This document shows, piece after piece, positions 1 through 9,845 of a stretch of DNA of 64,000 bases. How positions within the stretch are numbered: position 1 is the stretch's first letter; each line of letters opens with the position of its first letter. Made by a program: the position numbers and the translations under genes. The DNA is from Candidatus Woesearchaeota archaeon. GTDB lineage: Archaea > Nanobdellota > Nanobdellia > Woesearchaeales > SM23-78. Under the pieces are notes generated by a model, which worked only from the letters and a program-made list of their open reading frames with translations, did no database searches and was not told the DNA's origin. Where the stretch lies: assembly GCA_019322375.1 (NCBI GenBank), contig JAHWIP010000003.1, positions 6,792 to 70,791 on the forward strand, given 5' to 3'.

Positions 1-25
1 GGATAGAGCTAAACAGGATAAGAAA

Positions 26-1891
26 TTGGATCTTATAAAAATATATGCCATAGGGGAGGACCTCCCTTTTTCATTCTCAGTCCCTGCGATAGATAGAAAA
101 CTTAAATTTGTAGAGTTCCCTTACACCAGCAAAGGGGTATTCGGAGTGTCTCTCTCGTTTCTATTTATCTTTGGCTTTTTCACTCTGATCTCGCTCATAA
201 TAAAGTTATCATCTTTTTTTATTTATTCATTTTTTTTCATAGGACTTATCCTGGTCCTTATCTCTTACATGTATCCTGTTCACATATTCTACACCCAGAG
301 AATGATGAGTTATAGAGAAGAGATGCTTAAATCAATTATGAGAATAGCAACCTTTATCTCAATGAACACCAGCATGGAATATGCAATTATTAATACAAGG
401 CGGCATTTGTGGGGCACTCTGAAAACCCAGTTCACAGATATAGTGAACAAACTCCAAAGAAGAGACTACAACACACTGGGTGATGCTTTTGAACACTACA
501 CTCCCATATGGAACGAGGTTAACCCTGATTTTGTAAAATCCCTTAGATTGATAGAGACCGCAGCCATGTCAAAAGAAGAGGACAGGATGAAAATCCTGGA
601 TGAAGTTCAGGAAACATTAATCATAAGCTATCACACAATGGGCAAGCGGTTTGCAGAAGACCTGTCATCAAAAGCAAAATCATTAGTAACCATAGGAGTT
701 CTTTTTCCTGTAATCTCTTTAATGCTTCTTCCATTAGTATCAGTGTTTCTTCCAGAAGTGGTCAGCACTCCCTTGGTAACCTTCTTCTATACTATCCTGT
801 TTCCTGTGTTGCTCTTGGTCATGGCTCTTAATTTTTCAGCTTTGAGAATACAAGTAGATACTATTCGTATATCAGACTCTCCCTTATACAAGAAACCTTC
901 TGCATGGCTGCTTCTTATAGGAGCAATAATAATCCTTGTTTTTTCAGCACCCACAATAGCCCACCTGCTAACAATTGACATGGCAATACCTGAGAGTGTT
1001 GAGAATGAATACAAATTTGTCTCAATAATTATTTGCCTGCTTTTAGGACTTGGAGTTGCCTTGGCAATTTTTGTTCTAAGCCAGATATATGTAAGGAAAT
1101 ATCATAAGCTATGGAAAGACGTGGATATGACCGAGAGAGACCTGCCTCATCTGTTACAATCCTTTTCAACCTATCTGACCCTGAACCGGTCTGTTGAGAG
1201 CATAATATCTGATATTGTTGATGATTACAAGATTCATGGGTTTTCAAAACACCCTGTTGTAAAATTTTTCTCAAATATTATTCTCCAGTTAAAAGTAAGC
1301 AAAAAGTCAGTTGCAAATCTTGCCAAGACTCTTTTACCCAAGATTTGCCCTTCAAGAAAAGTGAGCGGAACCCTGTCCCAGATAATCTCTTTCACAGACA
1401 TTTCCCAGGAGAGCGCTGCAAAAGCTGCCAAGATGATAAGAAAACAAACCATATCCATTTATCAGCTGGATGATTACATACAAACCATGCTGAGTGAGAC
1501 CATTTCCTTAATCAACATCACAGTATCCCTGCTTGCACCCATATTATGTGCAGCTGCTGTGCTAATGTCAATGGCAATTGTGAAGTCCCTGGTATTTGTA
1601 GAGAAAATACTCTCAGCCCTGGCCTTTGGAGCCAAGATAGATCTGGCCCTGGCAAAAGTGGAATTAATCATTCCCCCAACCATAATCGAAGTTGTAGTGG
1701 CAATCTACCTCTTGGAAATGATACTGGTGCTTTCCTTATTCTCATCAAACATAAAGTATGGTCATGACATGTTTCAATTTGTTAAAACCCTGCTCTCAAA
1801 CCTGATGGGCTTTCTTATCTTTGTGGTAATCCTGGTCCTGGGTTACTACTTTCTTGAAACCCTGGTGTTTGGCGAAATCTTTGCTACGTAG
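26..1891 (+). CDS. Polytopic membrane protein, FlaJ/TadC-like (T2SS-F family) platform protein for type IV pilus or archaellum assembly; the 5' end may lie upstream of the window
   Basis: 621-codon ORF whose frame is open back to position 2 (TTG at 26 is only the first start-like codon). Topology is TM cluster / ~120 aa soluble domain / TM cluster / ~130 aa soluble domain / TM cluster, as in FlaJ/TadC. It is followed on the same strand by ~10 pilin-like genes. Confidence 0.45.
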   Translation: MDLIKIYAIGEDLPFSFSVPAIDRKLKFVEFPYTSKGVFGVSLSFLFIFGFFTLISLIIKLSSFFIYSFFFIGLILVLISYMYPVHIFYTQRMMSYREEMLKSIMRIATFISMNTSMEYAIINTRRHLWGTLKTQFTDIVNKLQRRDYNTLGDAFEHYTPIWNEVNPDFVKSLRLIETAAMSKEEDRMKILDEVQETLIISYHTMGKRFAEDLSSKAKSLVTIGVLFPVISLMLLPLVSVFLPEVVSTPLVTFFYTILFPVLLLVMALNFSALRIQVDTIRISDSPLYKKPSAWLLLIGAIIILVFSAPTIAHLLTIDMAIPESVENEYKFVSIIICLLLGLGVALAIFVLSQIYVRKYHKLWKDVDMTERDLPHLLQSFSTYLTLNRSVESIISDIVDDYKIHGFSKHPVVKFFSNIILQLKVSKKSVANLAKTLLPKICPSRKVSGTLSQIISFTDISQESAAKAAKMIRKQTISIYQLDDYIQTMLSETISLINITVSLLAPILCAAAVLMSMAIVKSLVFVEKILSALAFGAKIDLALAKVELIIPPTIIEVVVAIYLLEMILVLSLFSSNIKYGHDMFQFVKTLLSNLMGFLIFVVILVLGYYFLETLVFGEIFAT

Positions 1892-1910
1892 CGATTAATG
1901 TGCATTTCTT

Positions 1911-2100
1911 CTGAGTTAGGGGTATCTATGTTGGAGCAAGGGTGGGTGAGGCCGATTCGCGAGGGCATCCCTTAGCTTAACAATCAGAGCGGAGTCGGGG
2001 GACGCCCCAGCCGGGGGAACGGAGCCCTAGGAAAAATAACTAGGCCCGAGCTGGCCCCACCCTTGCGAAGCAACGGCTTGGAGAAATCAGGGCTAATTAG
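1911..2100 (+). ncRNA. Candidate SRP RNA (structured GC-rich RNA)
   Basis: ~190-nt GC-rich island in an AT-rich intergenic region. An 11-bp closing helix pairs GCAAGGGUGGG (1936-1946) with CCCACCCUUGC (2056-2066). The internal CCAGCCGGGGGAACGGAGCC resembles the SRP helix-8 motif GGUCCGGAAGGAAGCAGCC, and the 3' GGCCCCACCC resembles the 4.5S 3' end. No tRNA T-loop consensus is present. Confidence 0.45.
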
Positions 2101-2161
2101 CTAAAAATTTATTTTATCTATACAGAATAATAAACAAAATATTTTTCTTTGATAATTCCAT

Positions 2162-2782
2162 TCATATTGTTTTTACAAGGTAGTCTTGCATTATTGTTTC
2201 TCCAGTATTGCCAACTAAGAAATTTTTTGGTAATCCACATCCACCGCCTTTTGCAAACTCTCCAGAATTCGGGTCAAACTCAACCAGATAACAATAATTT
2301 CTTCCAATTACTGGCACCATGTAGTACCATGGCTCTGTTCCACCATTATTTTTTATACCGAATTTAAGGATTGGCTCCTTAATTTCTTCAACTTCTTTAT
2401 CTATATTATCCCTTCCTAGAAGAATCACATTTCCTTGCACAATATCTCCTGCTTTTATCTTTAAATCTTGAAGTCCTTCTTCAGTTAAACCAGTCTCAGT
2501 TTCTATAGGCAGTATATTCTGATTTATTGTTTCTTCAACTTCATTTTTAGAAAGAACAGTTCCTATCTCATACCTACCACCTTCTACACGATTTTTTCCA
2601 ACCACCAGGTAATACCTATCCTGTCCATTTACATCAATTTTAAATAACCAACCACTTAAATACGAATAAGGCCCTTGTGGTATCTGGGTACTTAAAAGAG
2701 AGGAACTTGAAAGAAGGTACAATCCAATGATAGCACAAATCACTATTTCAATTCCAATTATTATCTTATGTGAAGTCTTCAT
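2162..2782 (-). CDS. Hypothetical secreted or membrane-anchored protein (N-terminal signal anchor)
   Basis: 206-aa ORF with an N-terminal hydrophobic segment (IIIGIEIVICAIIGLYLL); no recognisable domain. Confidence 0.45.
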   Translation of the reverse strand: MKTSHKIIIGIEIVICAIIGLYLLSSSSLLSTQIPQGPYSYLSGWLFKIDVNGQDRYYLVVGKNRVEGGRYEIGTVLSKNEVEETINQNILPIETETGLTEEGLQDLKIKAGDIVQGNVILLGRDNIDKEVEEIKEPILKFGIKNNGGTEPWYYMVPVIGRNYCYLVEFDPNSGEFAKGGGCGLPKNFLVGNTGETIMQDYLVKTI

Positions 2783-2922
2783 ATCTATTCTAATTTTACT
2801 GTTATCTCTATAAAAAACTTTTGTTTAAATTAGAATTATCCTGTGAACCAGCTTTGACTGGATTTATTTCTCAAGCCTCCTAAGCACAAAAGTTATAAAG
2901 GATAAAGCCAGAAATCTAGTGT

Positions 2923-3018
2923 ATGAATCGTACTTTGATTGAGATTATTGGCCTGGTGATAGCTGTGATTGCTATTGGCTTTGCTATTTACAAGGTTATC
3001 CAGGTGCTGGGTGGTTGA
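2923..3018 (+). CDS. Tiny 31-aa hydrophobic peptide (MNRTLIEIIGLVIAVIAIGFAIYKVIQVLGG)
   Basis: ATG at 2923, stop at 3016-3018 directly abutting the ATG at 3019; a single TM helix; below the ORF-track length cutoff. Confidence 0.25.
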   Translation: MNRTLIEIIGLVIAVIAIGFAIYKVIQVLGG

Positions 3019-3441
3019 ATGGAAACTGTTGAAATCATTGTGTTCATAGTATTTGCTTTTATGGTTGGCTTTTTAATACTGGGTGTTGTTACTGGCTGGG
3101 ATTTTGGAAAGTATAATGAGGGCTTGAAAAAAGTCTTTTCAGGTGGAGAAGGCGGGGATTTTAAGAAAACCAGTAAAGAAGAATTTGCAGCAGAGGTTTA
3201 TTCTTTTTTTCAGGAATGCAAGGATAAAGGAACCAATATATCCACTTCGTTTTATTTAAAAGAAGAAGGCTCTTTTTCAAAGCAGGAATTATTCCAGGTG
3301 TACAAGGGTTTTGGCTGGTGCAAGTCAATCCAGTCCTTGGAGAATGAGTGCGGCCAGAGAGAGGATGTGACTATGCAGGACCTCCAGCTGCCCAGAGTTG
3401 TGCGTCTGGAATGCAGAGACGAGCACTTAACCATATCTTAG
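3019..3441 (+). CDS. Pilin-like protein with an N-terminal TM helix (METVEIIVFIVFAFMVGFLILG), function unknown
   Basis: 140-aa ORF with N-terminal hydrophobic helix and Glu at +3/+5; member of a co-directional array behind the FlaJ-like gene. Confidence 0.5.
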   Translation: METVEIIVFIVFAFMVGFLILGVVTGWDFGKYNEGLKKVFSGGEGGDFKKTSKEEFAAEVYSFFQECKDKGTNISTSFYLKEEGSFSKQELFQVYKGFGWCKSIQSLENECGQREDVTMQDLQLPRVVRLECRDEHLTIS

Positions 3442-3480
3442 TCCATATTGGAATGAAATGTAGAGAGGAATTAAGATAAA

Positions 3481-3891
3481 ATGCAGGTAGCAGAAATTAT
3501 GATTTATGTGATAGTAGCCATTCTTGTCGGCTCTTTAATACTCCTGGCTATGAGGATTGATTATTCAAAGCAGCATTCTGGTTATCAAGAAGCTTTTGCT
3601 AATGAAGAAAAGCCTGTTTTTAAAGTAGAGTCAAAGGATTTTCCTTTGGAAGTTGCTAAGAGATGGGAGGAGTGCGGCTTGGGCACCATGAACAAGTCTT
3701 CTTCTGTTTATGTTCATGATGATGCTCTTATTAATGAGAGTTTTGTGATTACAGAACTAAAAAGGCTTGATAAATGCGATATTATTGATTGTTATAATAC
3801 AGAAAACAGATTTATACTCACAAACTTTCCTATAACCACACCAAAAATTATAAATATCCGTTGTTTTAATAATACTTTAATAATAGGATAG
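3481..3891 (+). CDS. Pilin-like protein with an N-terminal TM helix
   Basis: 136 aa; N-terminus MQVAEIMIYVIVAILVGSLILL has Glu at +5 like type IV pilins; same array. Confidence 0.5.
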   Translation: MQVAEIMIYVIVAILVGSLILLAMRIDYSKQHSGYQEAFANEEKPVFKVESKDFPLEVAKRWEECGLGTMNKSSSVYVHDDALINESFVITELKRLDKCDIIDCYNTENRFILTNFPITTPKIINIRCFNNTLIIG

Positions 3892-3901
3892 GAACTTTCA
3901 A

Positions 3902-4327
3902 ATGGAACTACCAATAAGAATAATGATAATATTGTTTGTTGCAATTGTTGTAGGTGTGATGATAATAGCTTTTTCAAGAAATATCCTGGAAAGGTCCAAG
4001 GAAAAATTGGACAATCCTCCTGGCTTGGATTTATCAGATGCTGAGGAGCAAAAGATTGTTGAATTAAACAATCTGGATAATTCGCAGTTAATAGAGATGG
4101 TAAGGGCTTGTTATGAGATGCATCATGCAAAGACTTTTAACAGAGAGCTCTGCTTTGTGGTGATAGCCAGCACTTCTTCATGGACCCAGGGTGGTGTGCA
4201 AGGCTATTTTCAGCAGCCAGACAACCTGATTAGTGCCAGTATTGAGTTTGTAGGAAACCCGGATTATGCATTAAAAATATACTATGAAGCCTCTCCTGAT
4301 ATTGAGCAAATCGAGATTTCAAGATAA
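3902..4327 (+). CDS. Pilin-like protein with an N-terminal TM helix
   Basis: 141 aa; N-terminus MELPIRIMIILFVAIVVGVMIIAF; same array. Confidence 0.5.
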   Translation: MELPIRIMIILFVAIVVGVMIIAFSRNILERSKEKLDNPPGLDLSDAEEQKIVELNNLDNSQLIEMVRACYEMHHAKTFNRELCFVVIASTSSWTQGGVQGYFQQPDNLISASIEFVGNPDYALKIYYEASPDIEQIEISR

Positions 4328-4440
4328 ATAATAGATAAAAATATATAAAAAACAGATAAAAATAACAAACTATATTAATAAGGATTATAATAAACTAATA
4401 ATATATAAGAATAATACATAATAAAAGAAGAGGTGATAAA

Positions 4441-5037
4441 ATGACATTAAAGGTTTCTAGAGGAAAAAAAGGCACAGACAAGCCAATTGAAATCTTTATT
4501 GCTTTATTCGTAATACTGGCAGTGGCAATGGTGCTGTTAAAGATGTTCTCCAGCCAGATAGAGTCTAAGAAGAGAGAAATGGAGGAACAACAGCTACAAG
4601 AGGCTGCAAGAGCAGCCATGGAAGACCTTAACACGTTCTGTGATTCTCAGTGCACGCATGCACACCGTTCATTAAAGGACAAAGTAACTTTTTGCACAAG
4701 CTACTATCGAGAGCACGTTGATATAAATAAAAACAATGTTGTTGATTACACAATGGCATTGGATAATATATACGGCTATTGCGAGGATAGGATTTACTGC
4801 GCTGTTTACAGGCCCTGCAGCAATCTTAACATGGAAAATTGCATTGAAATTCTATGTGATTATTTGGGTGTCAATGCTAATTTAAGAGTCTTTGACATAC
4901 AATACGGCCTTATACTGCCAGGAGATTGTTATGACGCAATAAGAACCTCTGCTGACCAGGATGACATTTTTAAAAAGGCAAATCACTGGTATACAAGCTT
5001 GCTGTCTTCATTTGGCGATCCACCAACCTGCCCTTAA
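4441..5037 (+). CDS. Pilin-like, Cys-rich extracellular protein
   Basis: 198 aa; class-III-like N-terminus KKG|TDKPIEIFIALFVILAVAMVLL with a good SD-like spacer upstream; 12 Cys in the ectodomain. Confidence 0.5.
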   Translation: MTLKVSRGKKGTDKPIEIFIALFVILAVAMVLLKMFSSQIESKKREMEEQQLQEAARAAMEDLNTFCDSQCTHAHRSLKDKVTFCTSYYREHVDINKNNVVDYTMALDNIYGYCEDRIYCAVYRPCSNLNMENCIEILCDYLGVNANLRVFDIQYGLILPGDCYDAIRTSADQDDIFKKANHWYTSLLSSFGDPPTCP

Positions 5038-5086
5038 TCATTATAATAAAGCAAGAAAAAAGCTATCTGTAGGAGCATGACTCAAG

Positions 5087-5353
5087 ATGGACCAGGCAGT
5101 TTGGGCAGTTTTTGGTATTATAGCAGTTCTTATTGGAATCGGGATTTTATTAAATGTGCTTGGAGAGAACAAGGATGAATCAAAGTATATTCTTTTTAAA
5201 CAATCCTTAGACTCACTAAAGAACCAGTGCGATTTTGTGTGCAACTCGCCTGCAGAAACTTATTTATCAATAATGGTTGAGCTGCCTTCTGGCATGCGCC
5301 TCTACACAGACCAGAACAGGATTTGCGCTCATCTGAATATTTATAAAAAATAA
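5087..5353 (+). CDS. Small pilin-like membrane protein
   Basis: 88 aa; N-terminal TM AVWAVFGIIAVLIGIGILL; Cys pairs. Confidence 0.4.
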   Translation: MDQAVWAVFGIIAVLIGIGILLNVLGENKDESKYILFKQSLDSLKNQCDFVCNSPAETYLSIMVELPSGMRLYTDQNRICAHLNIYKK

Positions 5354-5471
5354 TCTGATGAAACCAAGTGCGTGTTATGCAGTTGCCAGGTTGTAGTAAA
5401 AAACAATGAACTCAATCTCCAAACCCCGGCTGCTCTGAAAGCTTTTTCTTCTCATAAATATTCTTGCTTTT

Positions 5472-6119
5472 TTGAAAGAAAAGAAAATGAGATTGAAATC
5501 GAATGTAAGGGCTGATATCCTTGCTAATACTGTTTTATGGTTTGGAATCCTTATAGCAGCCATGATTTGCATGGCATGGCTAGTCAAGAATCTTCGCTCG
5601 CCTTATCTTCCAACAAAAGAACTGGATAATGAGCTTGACCAGTTGCAGCTGGATTTAAACAAGGCCTGCACAATGGATTATTTTTGGAAAAGATACTATC
5701 CCAAGGTTAACAAGGGCAAGCTGATATTCAATGACTTCCAGGTGTGCATGAATGCAGGAGAATGCAAAGTGCTTTTTTTTAAGCCAACCATGCCCAATGC
5801 ATCAGGGCACTTACTTGAAGGAAAAGATATCCTTCTGCCCAATGCAACAGAATGCGAGAATATTGAGCTTTGCCAAGCACTTTTTTTTACATCAGACAAT
5901 GAACCCCCTCTTATTGATTATATTGATGATGCTCAGGGCAGCAGGATAAGGATTAATAATGCTAATGTTTGTGAGCTTAAACCAAAACCAATAACAAGAT
6001 GCAGGCTGCTTACATGTTCATTAAATATAACAGAACATTTTTCCCTGGATAAAATTGTTTACCTTAACATAACAAGAGATAAAAGTGGTGTTTTCAGTGT
6101 TCAGCCAAAAGAATCCTAA
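5472..6119 (+). CDS. Pilin-like membrane-anchored protein
   Basis: 215 aa with an N-terminal TM (VLWFGILIAAMICMAWLV) and a Cys-rich ectodomain. Confidence 0.45.
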   Translation: MKEKKMRLKSNVRADILANTVLWFGILIAAMICMAWLVKNLRSPYLPTKELDNELDQLQLDLNKACTMDYFWKRYYPKVNKGKLIFNDFQVCMNAGECKVLFFKPTMPNASGHLLEGKDILLPNATECENIELCQALFFTSDNEPPLIDYIDDAQGSRIRINNANVCELKPKPITRCRLLTCSLNITEHFSLDKIVYLNITRDKSGVFSVQPKES

Positions 6120-6147
6120 GCAGAATAAGTCTGGAAAGAAAAAGCCT

Positions 6148-6597
6148 ATGCAAAAAAAATCCAGGCAAAACAAGGGCATATATTCCTTAGCCACTTCCTT
6201 CTTATTTATTATCATATTAATATTTGTGGTCATAGCTGTGGTTTTCTTTTTTAACCTGTTAAAAGCCAAGAGAATGCAGGCAAGTGATGAGCTAGTAAAA
6301 TATGTGCATATAAGGGATGCTAAGAACAAGATTCTTTCATCTGAGTGCTATACGCATATTATAGAAGAAGCAGATGCTGAGCAGGAGTGCTTTCTGCCTG
6401 AAGGCTTTATCAAGGGATATGTTATTGAGATGCTGGTTTATCCTAACTGCACAACCCAGCACAAGACATGGGAGCATATGCTTGTTGAAGATGAAGCAGG
6501 GGCTGGTGAAGAAGGAGAAATTTATCCTTACTTTGTGCCTGTTCAAGCCAATACCACAGGCAATATTTGCCCTGGAAAACTAAAGGTGATATATTAA
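6148..6597 (+). CDS. Pilin-like protein (class III signal peptide NKG|IYSLATSFLFIIILIFVVIAV)
   Basis: ATG at 6148 inside track ORF 6085-6597. The earlier part overlaps the preceding gene in another frame. [KR]G followed by a hydrophobic stretch. Confidence 0.45.
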   Translation: MQKKSRQNKGIYSLATSFLFIIILIFVVIAVVFFFNLLKAKRMQASDELVKYVHIRDAKNKILSSECYTHIIEEADAEQECFLPEGFIKGYVIEMLVYPNCTTQHKTWEHMLVEDEAGAGEEGEIYPYFVPVQANTTGNICPGKLKVIY

Positions 6598-6628
6598 AAG
6601 ACAGTATATTAAAAGGTGGTTCACTAAA

Positions 6629-8074
6629 ATGGGAGTTGTTGACAATATAATGGGAGCGGTTCTTGTTGTCCTTATACTATTGATTGCTGGCATTATTTAT
6701 CTGTCCCTTTTTGCACGCGAAGCATCACAGGATATTAGTGTGACCAGCACTGCTTTTTTTAATGGTATAAACACAAATAATTTTAACACTGTTCTTAAAA
6801 TAACAGAGGAGAATTCCCAAAAATCTTTGGGTGTTTTAATTTCAGAAATAACTTATTACAGGTCTTTGCCTGCGCAGTCAGATGACGGACCTAATGTAAC
6901 AGGGACTTTAAAGGATTTGCTGGATACTGCTTTTTCCACTAATGATTATTATTTCAAAGCAGAACCAGAACTAACACAGATTAGTCTGAACTTTGTTTTT
7001 GACGGCACACCCAGCTCTATGCTTAAGAGAAATGTATTAGCAAACAATCTGGTGAATATAATAGACTTTACCCAGGAAAAAATGGATAATAAAAGCAGAA
7101 GCGAGGGGCGTATTCCAAAAAACTCGGTTACAGCAGATGTATACATCATGGGTCCAAGAGGTGACAAATGCAATATCTTTGATGATTTAAACAGGGTTGA
7201 TATAAACTGCCATGGCATTCGCAGCAATGAGATATATTTAAGCGAGGACATGATGCAAGGACTTTTTGTGCCTGGTTTTCTGCTTGACTATGAAATGTAT
7301 CCTCCTTTTGGTTTTGAATGGATTGAGGAGGATGCTAACAGAGAAGACTCATACGTGGCTAATGAAGAAGATTATTATCAAGCTGACTGGGGTTTTGGAA
7401 CAGCTTATGTATCGCATAAACTAAGCAGTGCAGCTTATAGGAATCGTTTAAACCTTATTTTTCCTGTGAGTGATGAACTATCCACCAGCTCTATACCTGA
7501 TGATTGTTTTTACAAGACATTTATTCCTGACTGGGTTGTGTGCGCTCTTTGCGAGGATGAATGCCCTGTTGAAAGAGCTAACATATCCATTAGCAAGGCA
7601 ATAGAAGTGGCAACAGATTATAATCATGTGCTCATACCTGTTTATGGTTATGGAGGTGATTATGAAATAACCCATCCCCAGATTTATGATTGGAATGGCC
7701 TTGCAGGCACTTCAAGATATGTTGATGGTTTTGGAAGCCCTGGAAATACCTGGTGTGATGCTTCTGGGTGTGGTGGTTGTTCAGAACAACAAGGAGGCAT
7801 ATGCTTTCATCCTGATTGTGCAAGCATTCTGCAGGAGCACATGAACAGAATGGCTGATGAAACCAATGGAATATTCATTGACCTGACTGCTAGCCAGCAG
7901 GAATTTGCAGACACCATCTTTTCAACAATAAGCAATATCATGGACCAGTTCACAATAGAGATTGGGGTGAAAAATGAGAGCAGGGAAAGGGATGTGGTGG
8001 AAGTGAAACAGCCCCTGCCAGATGGAAATTCTCTTCCCTTGAAGTTATGGGTGTATAAGAATCAAAACATTTAA
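6629..8074 (+). CDS. Large pilin-like surface protein, unknown function
   Basis: 481 aa; N-terminal TM VVDNIMGAVLVVLILLIAGIIYL with SD AAAGGTGG upstream; Cys-containing ectodomain. Confidence 0.5.
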   Translation: MGVVDNIMGAVLVVLILLIAGIIYLSLFAREASQDISVTSTAFFNGINTNNFNTVLKITEENSQKSLGVLISEITYYRSLPAQSDDGPNVTGTLKDLLDTAFSTNDYYFKAEPELTQISLNFVFDGTPSSMLKRNVLANNLVNIIDFTQEKMDNKSRSEGRIPKNSVTADVYIMGPRGDKCNIFDDLNRVDINCHGIRSNEIYLSEDMMQGLFVPGFLLDYEMYPPFGFEWIEEDANREDSYVANEEDYYQADWGFGTAYVSHKLSSAAYRNRLNLIFPVSDELSTSSIPDDCFYKTFIPDWVVCALCEDECPVERANISISKAIEVATDYNHVLIPVYGYGGDYEITHPQIYDWNGLAGTSRYVDGFGSPGNTWCDASGCGGCSEQQGGICFHPDCASILQEHMNRMADETNGIFIDLTASQQEFADTIFSTISNIMDQFTIEIGVKNESRERDVVEVKQPLPDGNSLPLKLWVYKNQNI

Positions 8075-8127
8075 ATCAGAATAAATTAAATATATAGAAA
8101 GAAATAATATATAACGAGGTTGGTACT

Positions 8128-9744
8128 ATGAAACTTGATAAAAAAGCATTTGGTAAAAAAGCAAATGTACTTGCTGCTGTTTTAGTAATAATAGTTGTTG
8201 TTGCAGGAACTGTTGTGTTCTCTAATATTGTTGTTAAGAAGTACCCGACAGAAGATTCTCAGGAAAACTTTAACACCCAGGCAGATGCTACTCTTAGGGA
8301 AGCTATTTTCTCAGGCATTGCTGACTGGCTTGAGAACGGGTTTTCGCACAGAACTCCTTTCTGGTATAACAATGAGCCCCGTCCTGTTTCTTTTTCAGAA
8401 GCCCTGGATGCTCTGTACTACTATGTGAATAACAGTGTGAGCAAGAATGCAGATTTATTAACTGATGATGAATCTGATTTCTATGTGGCTCCAGGCGTGC
8501 GCGTGGTGTTTGATATACATAACTCTTTTGACCCTGAATCCCTGGACGGCTCTTTAGAGGATTTTGAGGTTGGCATACAAAAAGAGGATTTAGAGCAATT
8601 ACAAGACCTTTCATCTGAGTTTTCTTATCCTGTAAAAGCAGGCTTGTTCTTCACCACCTTTAACACTTGGATGGAGAGCAATGCTGATAATGTTACCCAG
8701 AACATGTTTGACAAGCTCCTGGAAAAACCATGCCAGTTAGTGACAGGGGTGTGCCTGTGTGATGAGCCTGGAGCAGAGTTTGACCCAGATGCTATAGATA
8801 ATATAAAGCTCAAGTACAGTGATGTTCAGGATGTGCTTGATGAAAGAGTGCAGGCCTTGGAAGATTTGTTTCCTGCTGACGAAAACATTGAGTGCGGATA
8901 CATAGTTGAGAAGCTGAACATAAACAATCATATGTATTCTGACTGGAGCAGAGAAGAAATCGGGCCTGAGCGTACTATAGAAGTTCCAGTGAGAGTAGAC
9001 CCTGATCCGTTTGGCTATGTTTTTAACTTTTTAGAATGGAATGAAACCACAACTTATCCTGAGGAAGAAGACTTGACTTATTTTAACCTAAGACCTCCTC
9101 TGCCTGTTGACACAGGAATACAAGGAGTTTATCCAGGCGATGCAGAGGTTATGAAGAGCTGTGAGGAAGCAATTGCAGACATCCCAGAAGACCCTGACAA
9201 GCCTGTAAAAGTTGGCATGCTTGCCATGAACAAAAAAGTTGCTTTGCTGGCAAAAATCTACTGTGCTCATCCAGAAATAAAAAAATATGGAGAAACAGGT
9301 TTTGAGCCTTTAACAGCAGAATTCAGAATAAGGGTATCCCTTGCTTTGGACTGTCCTTTGCCTAGCTATGATGTGGACAAGCATGTTGGTGAGCCAATAT
9401 ATCAGGAACCATTTATTAATTGCGAAATACCTCCGCCTCCTCTTCCTGAACCTGCTGAGATACCAGTTCCTTGCATGAGTCCTGAGGACTGCCCTGACCC
9501 ATGCGAGGAATGTAATTTAGCTACTGGCAGATGCGTGGATATTCCTAATTGCTGCTGCGGAGTAATTATGCCGTCTGGAATGAAGTGCTGTAGTTGTAAT
9601 AATATCTGCAGTGCTTGCTGTGGCAGGAATTGCCTGCCTGCTGGACGAGTGTGCTGCAAAGGCCAGGTGTGCGCATCAGGACAGATTTGCTGTGGCGGAG
9701 AGTTCTGCTCTTCAAGTGCTGCATGCAGTGCAGCAGTTAGCTAA
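8128..9744 (+). CDS. Large pilin-like surface protein with a C-terminal Cys-rich (CC-repeat) tail
   Basis: 538 aa; N-terminus GKKA|NVLAAVLVIIVVVAG. The last ~70 aa contain >20 Cys in CC, CxC and CxxC arrangements. Confidence 0.55.
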   Translation: MKLDKKAFGKKANVLAAVLVIIVVVAGTVVFSNIVVKKYPTEDSQENFNTQADATLREAIFSGIADWLENGFSHRTPFWYNNEPRPVSFSEALDALYYYVNNSVSKNADLLTDDESDFYVAPGVRVVFDIHNSFDPESLDGSLEDFEVGIQKEDLEQLQDLSSEFSYPVKAGLFFTTFNTWMESNADNVTQNMFDKLLEKPCQLVTGVCLCDEPGAEFDPDAIDNIKLKYSDVQDVLDERVQALEDLFPADENIECGYIVEKLNINNHMYSDWSREEIGPERTIEVPVRVDPDPFGYVFNFLEWNETTTYPEEEDLTYFNLRPPLPVDTGIQGVYPGDAEVMKSCEEAIADIPEDPDKPVKVGMLAMNKKVALLAKIYCAHPEIKKYGETGFEPLTAEFRIRVSLALDCPLPSYDVDKHVGEPIYQEPFINCEIPPPPLPEPAEIPVPCMSPEDCPDPCEECNLATGRCVDIPNCCCGVIMPSGMKCCSCNNICSACCGRNCLPAGRVCCKGQVCASGQICCGGEFCSSSAACSAAVS

Positions 9745-9845
9745 GGATACCCCAAACTTTAAAAAGAGAAACCAAATCTTAATTTATATAAATATAAAAG
9801 GTGATTTATGTGGTAGTAGAATTTAGTGAATTCAAAGGCAATAAA

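Noticed and set aside
787-1767. Five 69-81-aa ORFs (787-1014, 1029-1274, 1234-1458, 1474-1683 on the minus strand; 1546-1767 on the plus strand) inside the FlaJ-like gene
   Set aside because: They are entirely nested in a long, compositionally consistent membrane-protein ORF. They have no start context and are typical shadow ORFs.
1911-2100. The GC-rich island considered as a tRNA gene
   Set aside because: There is no GTTCRANYC T-loop or cloverleaf, and its length and helix pattern fit an SRP-like RNA better.
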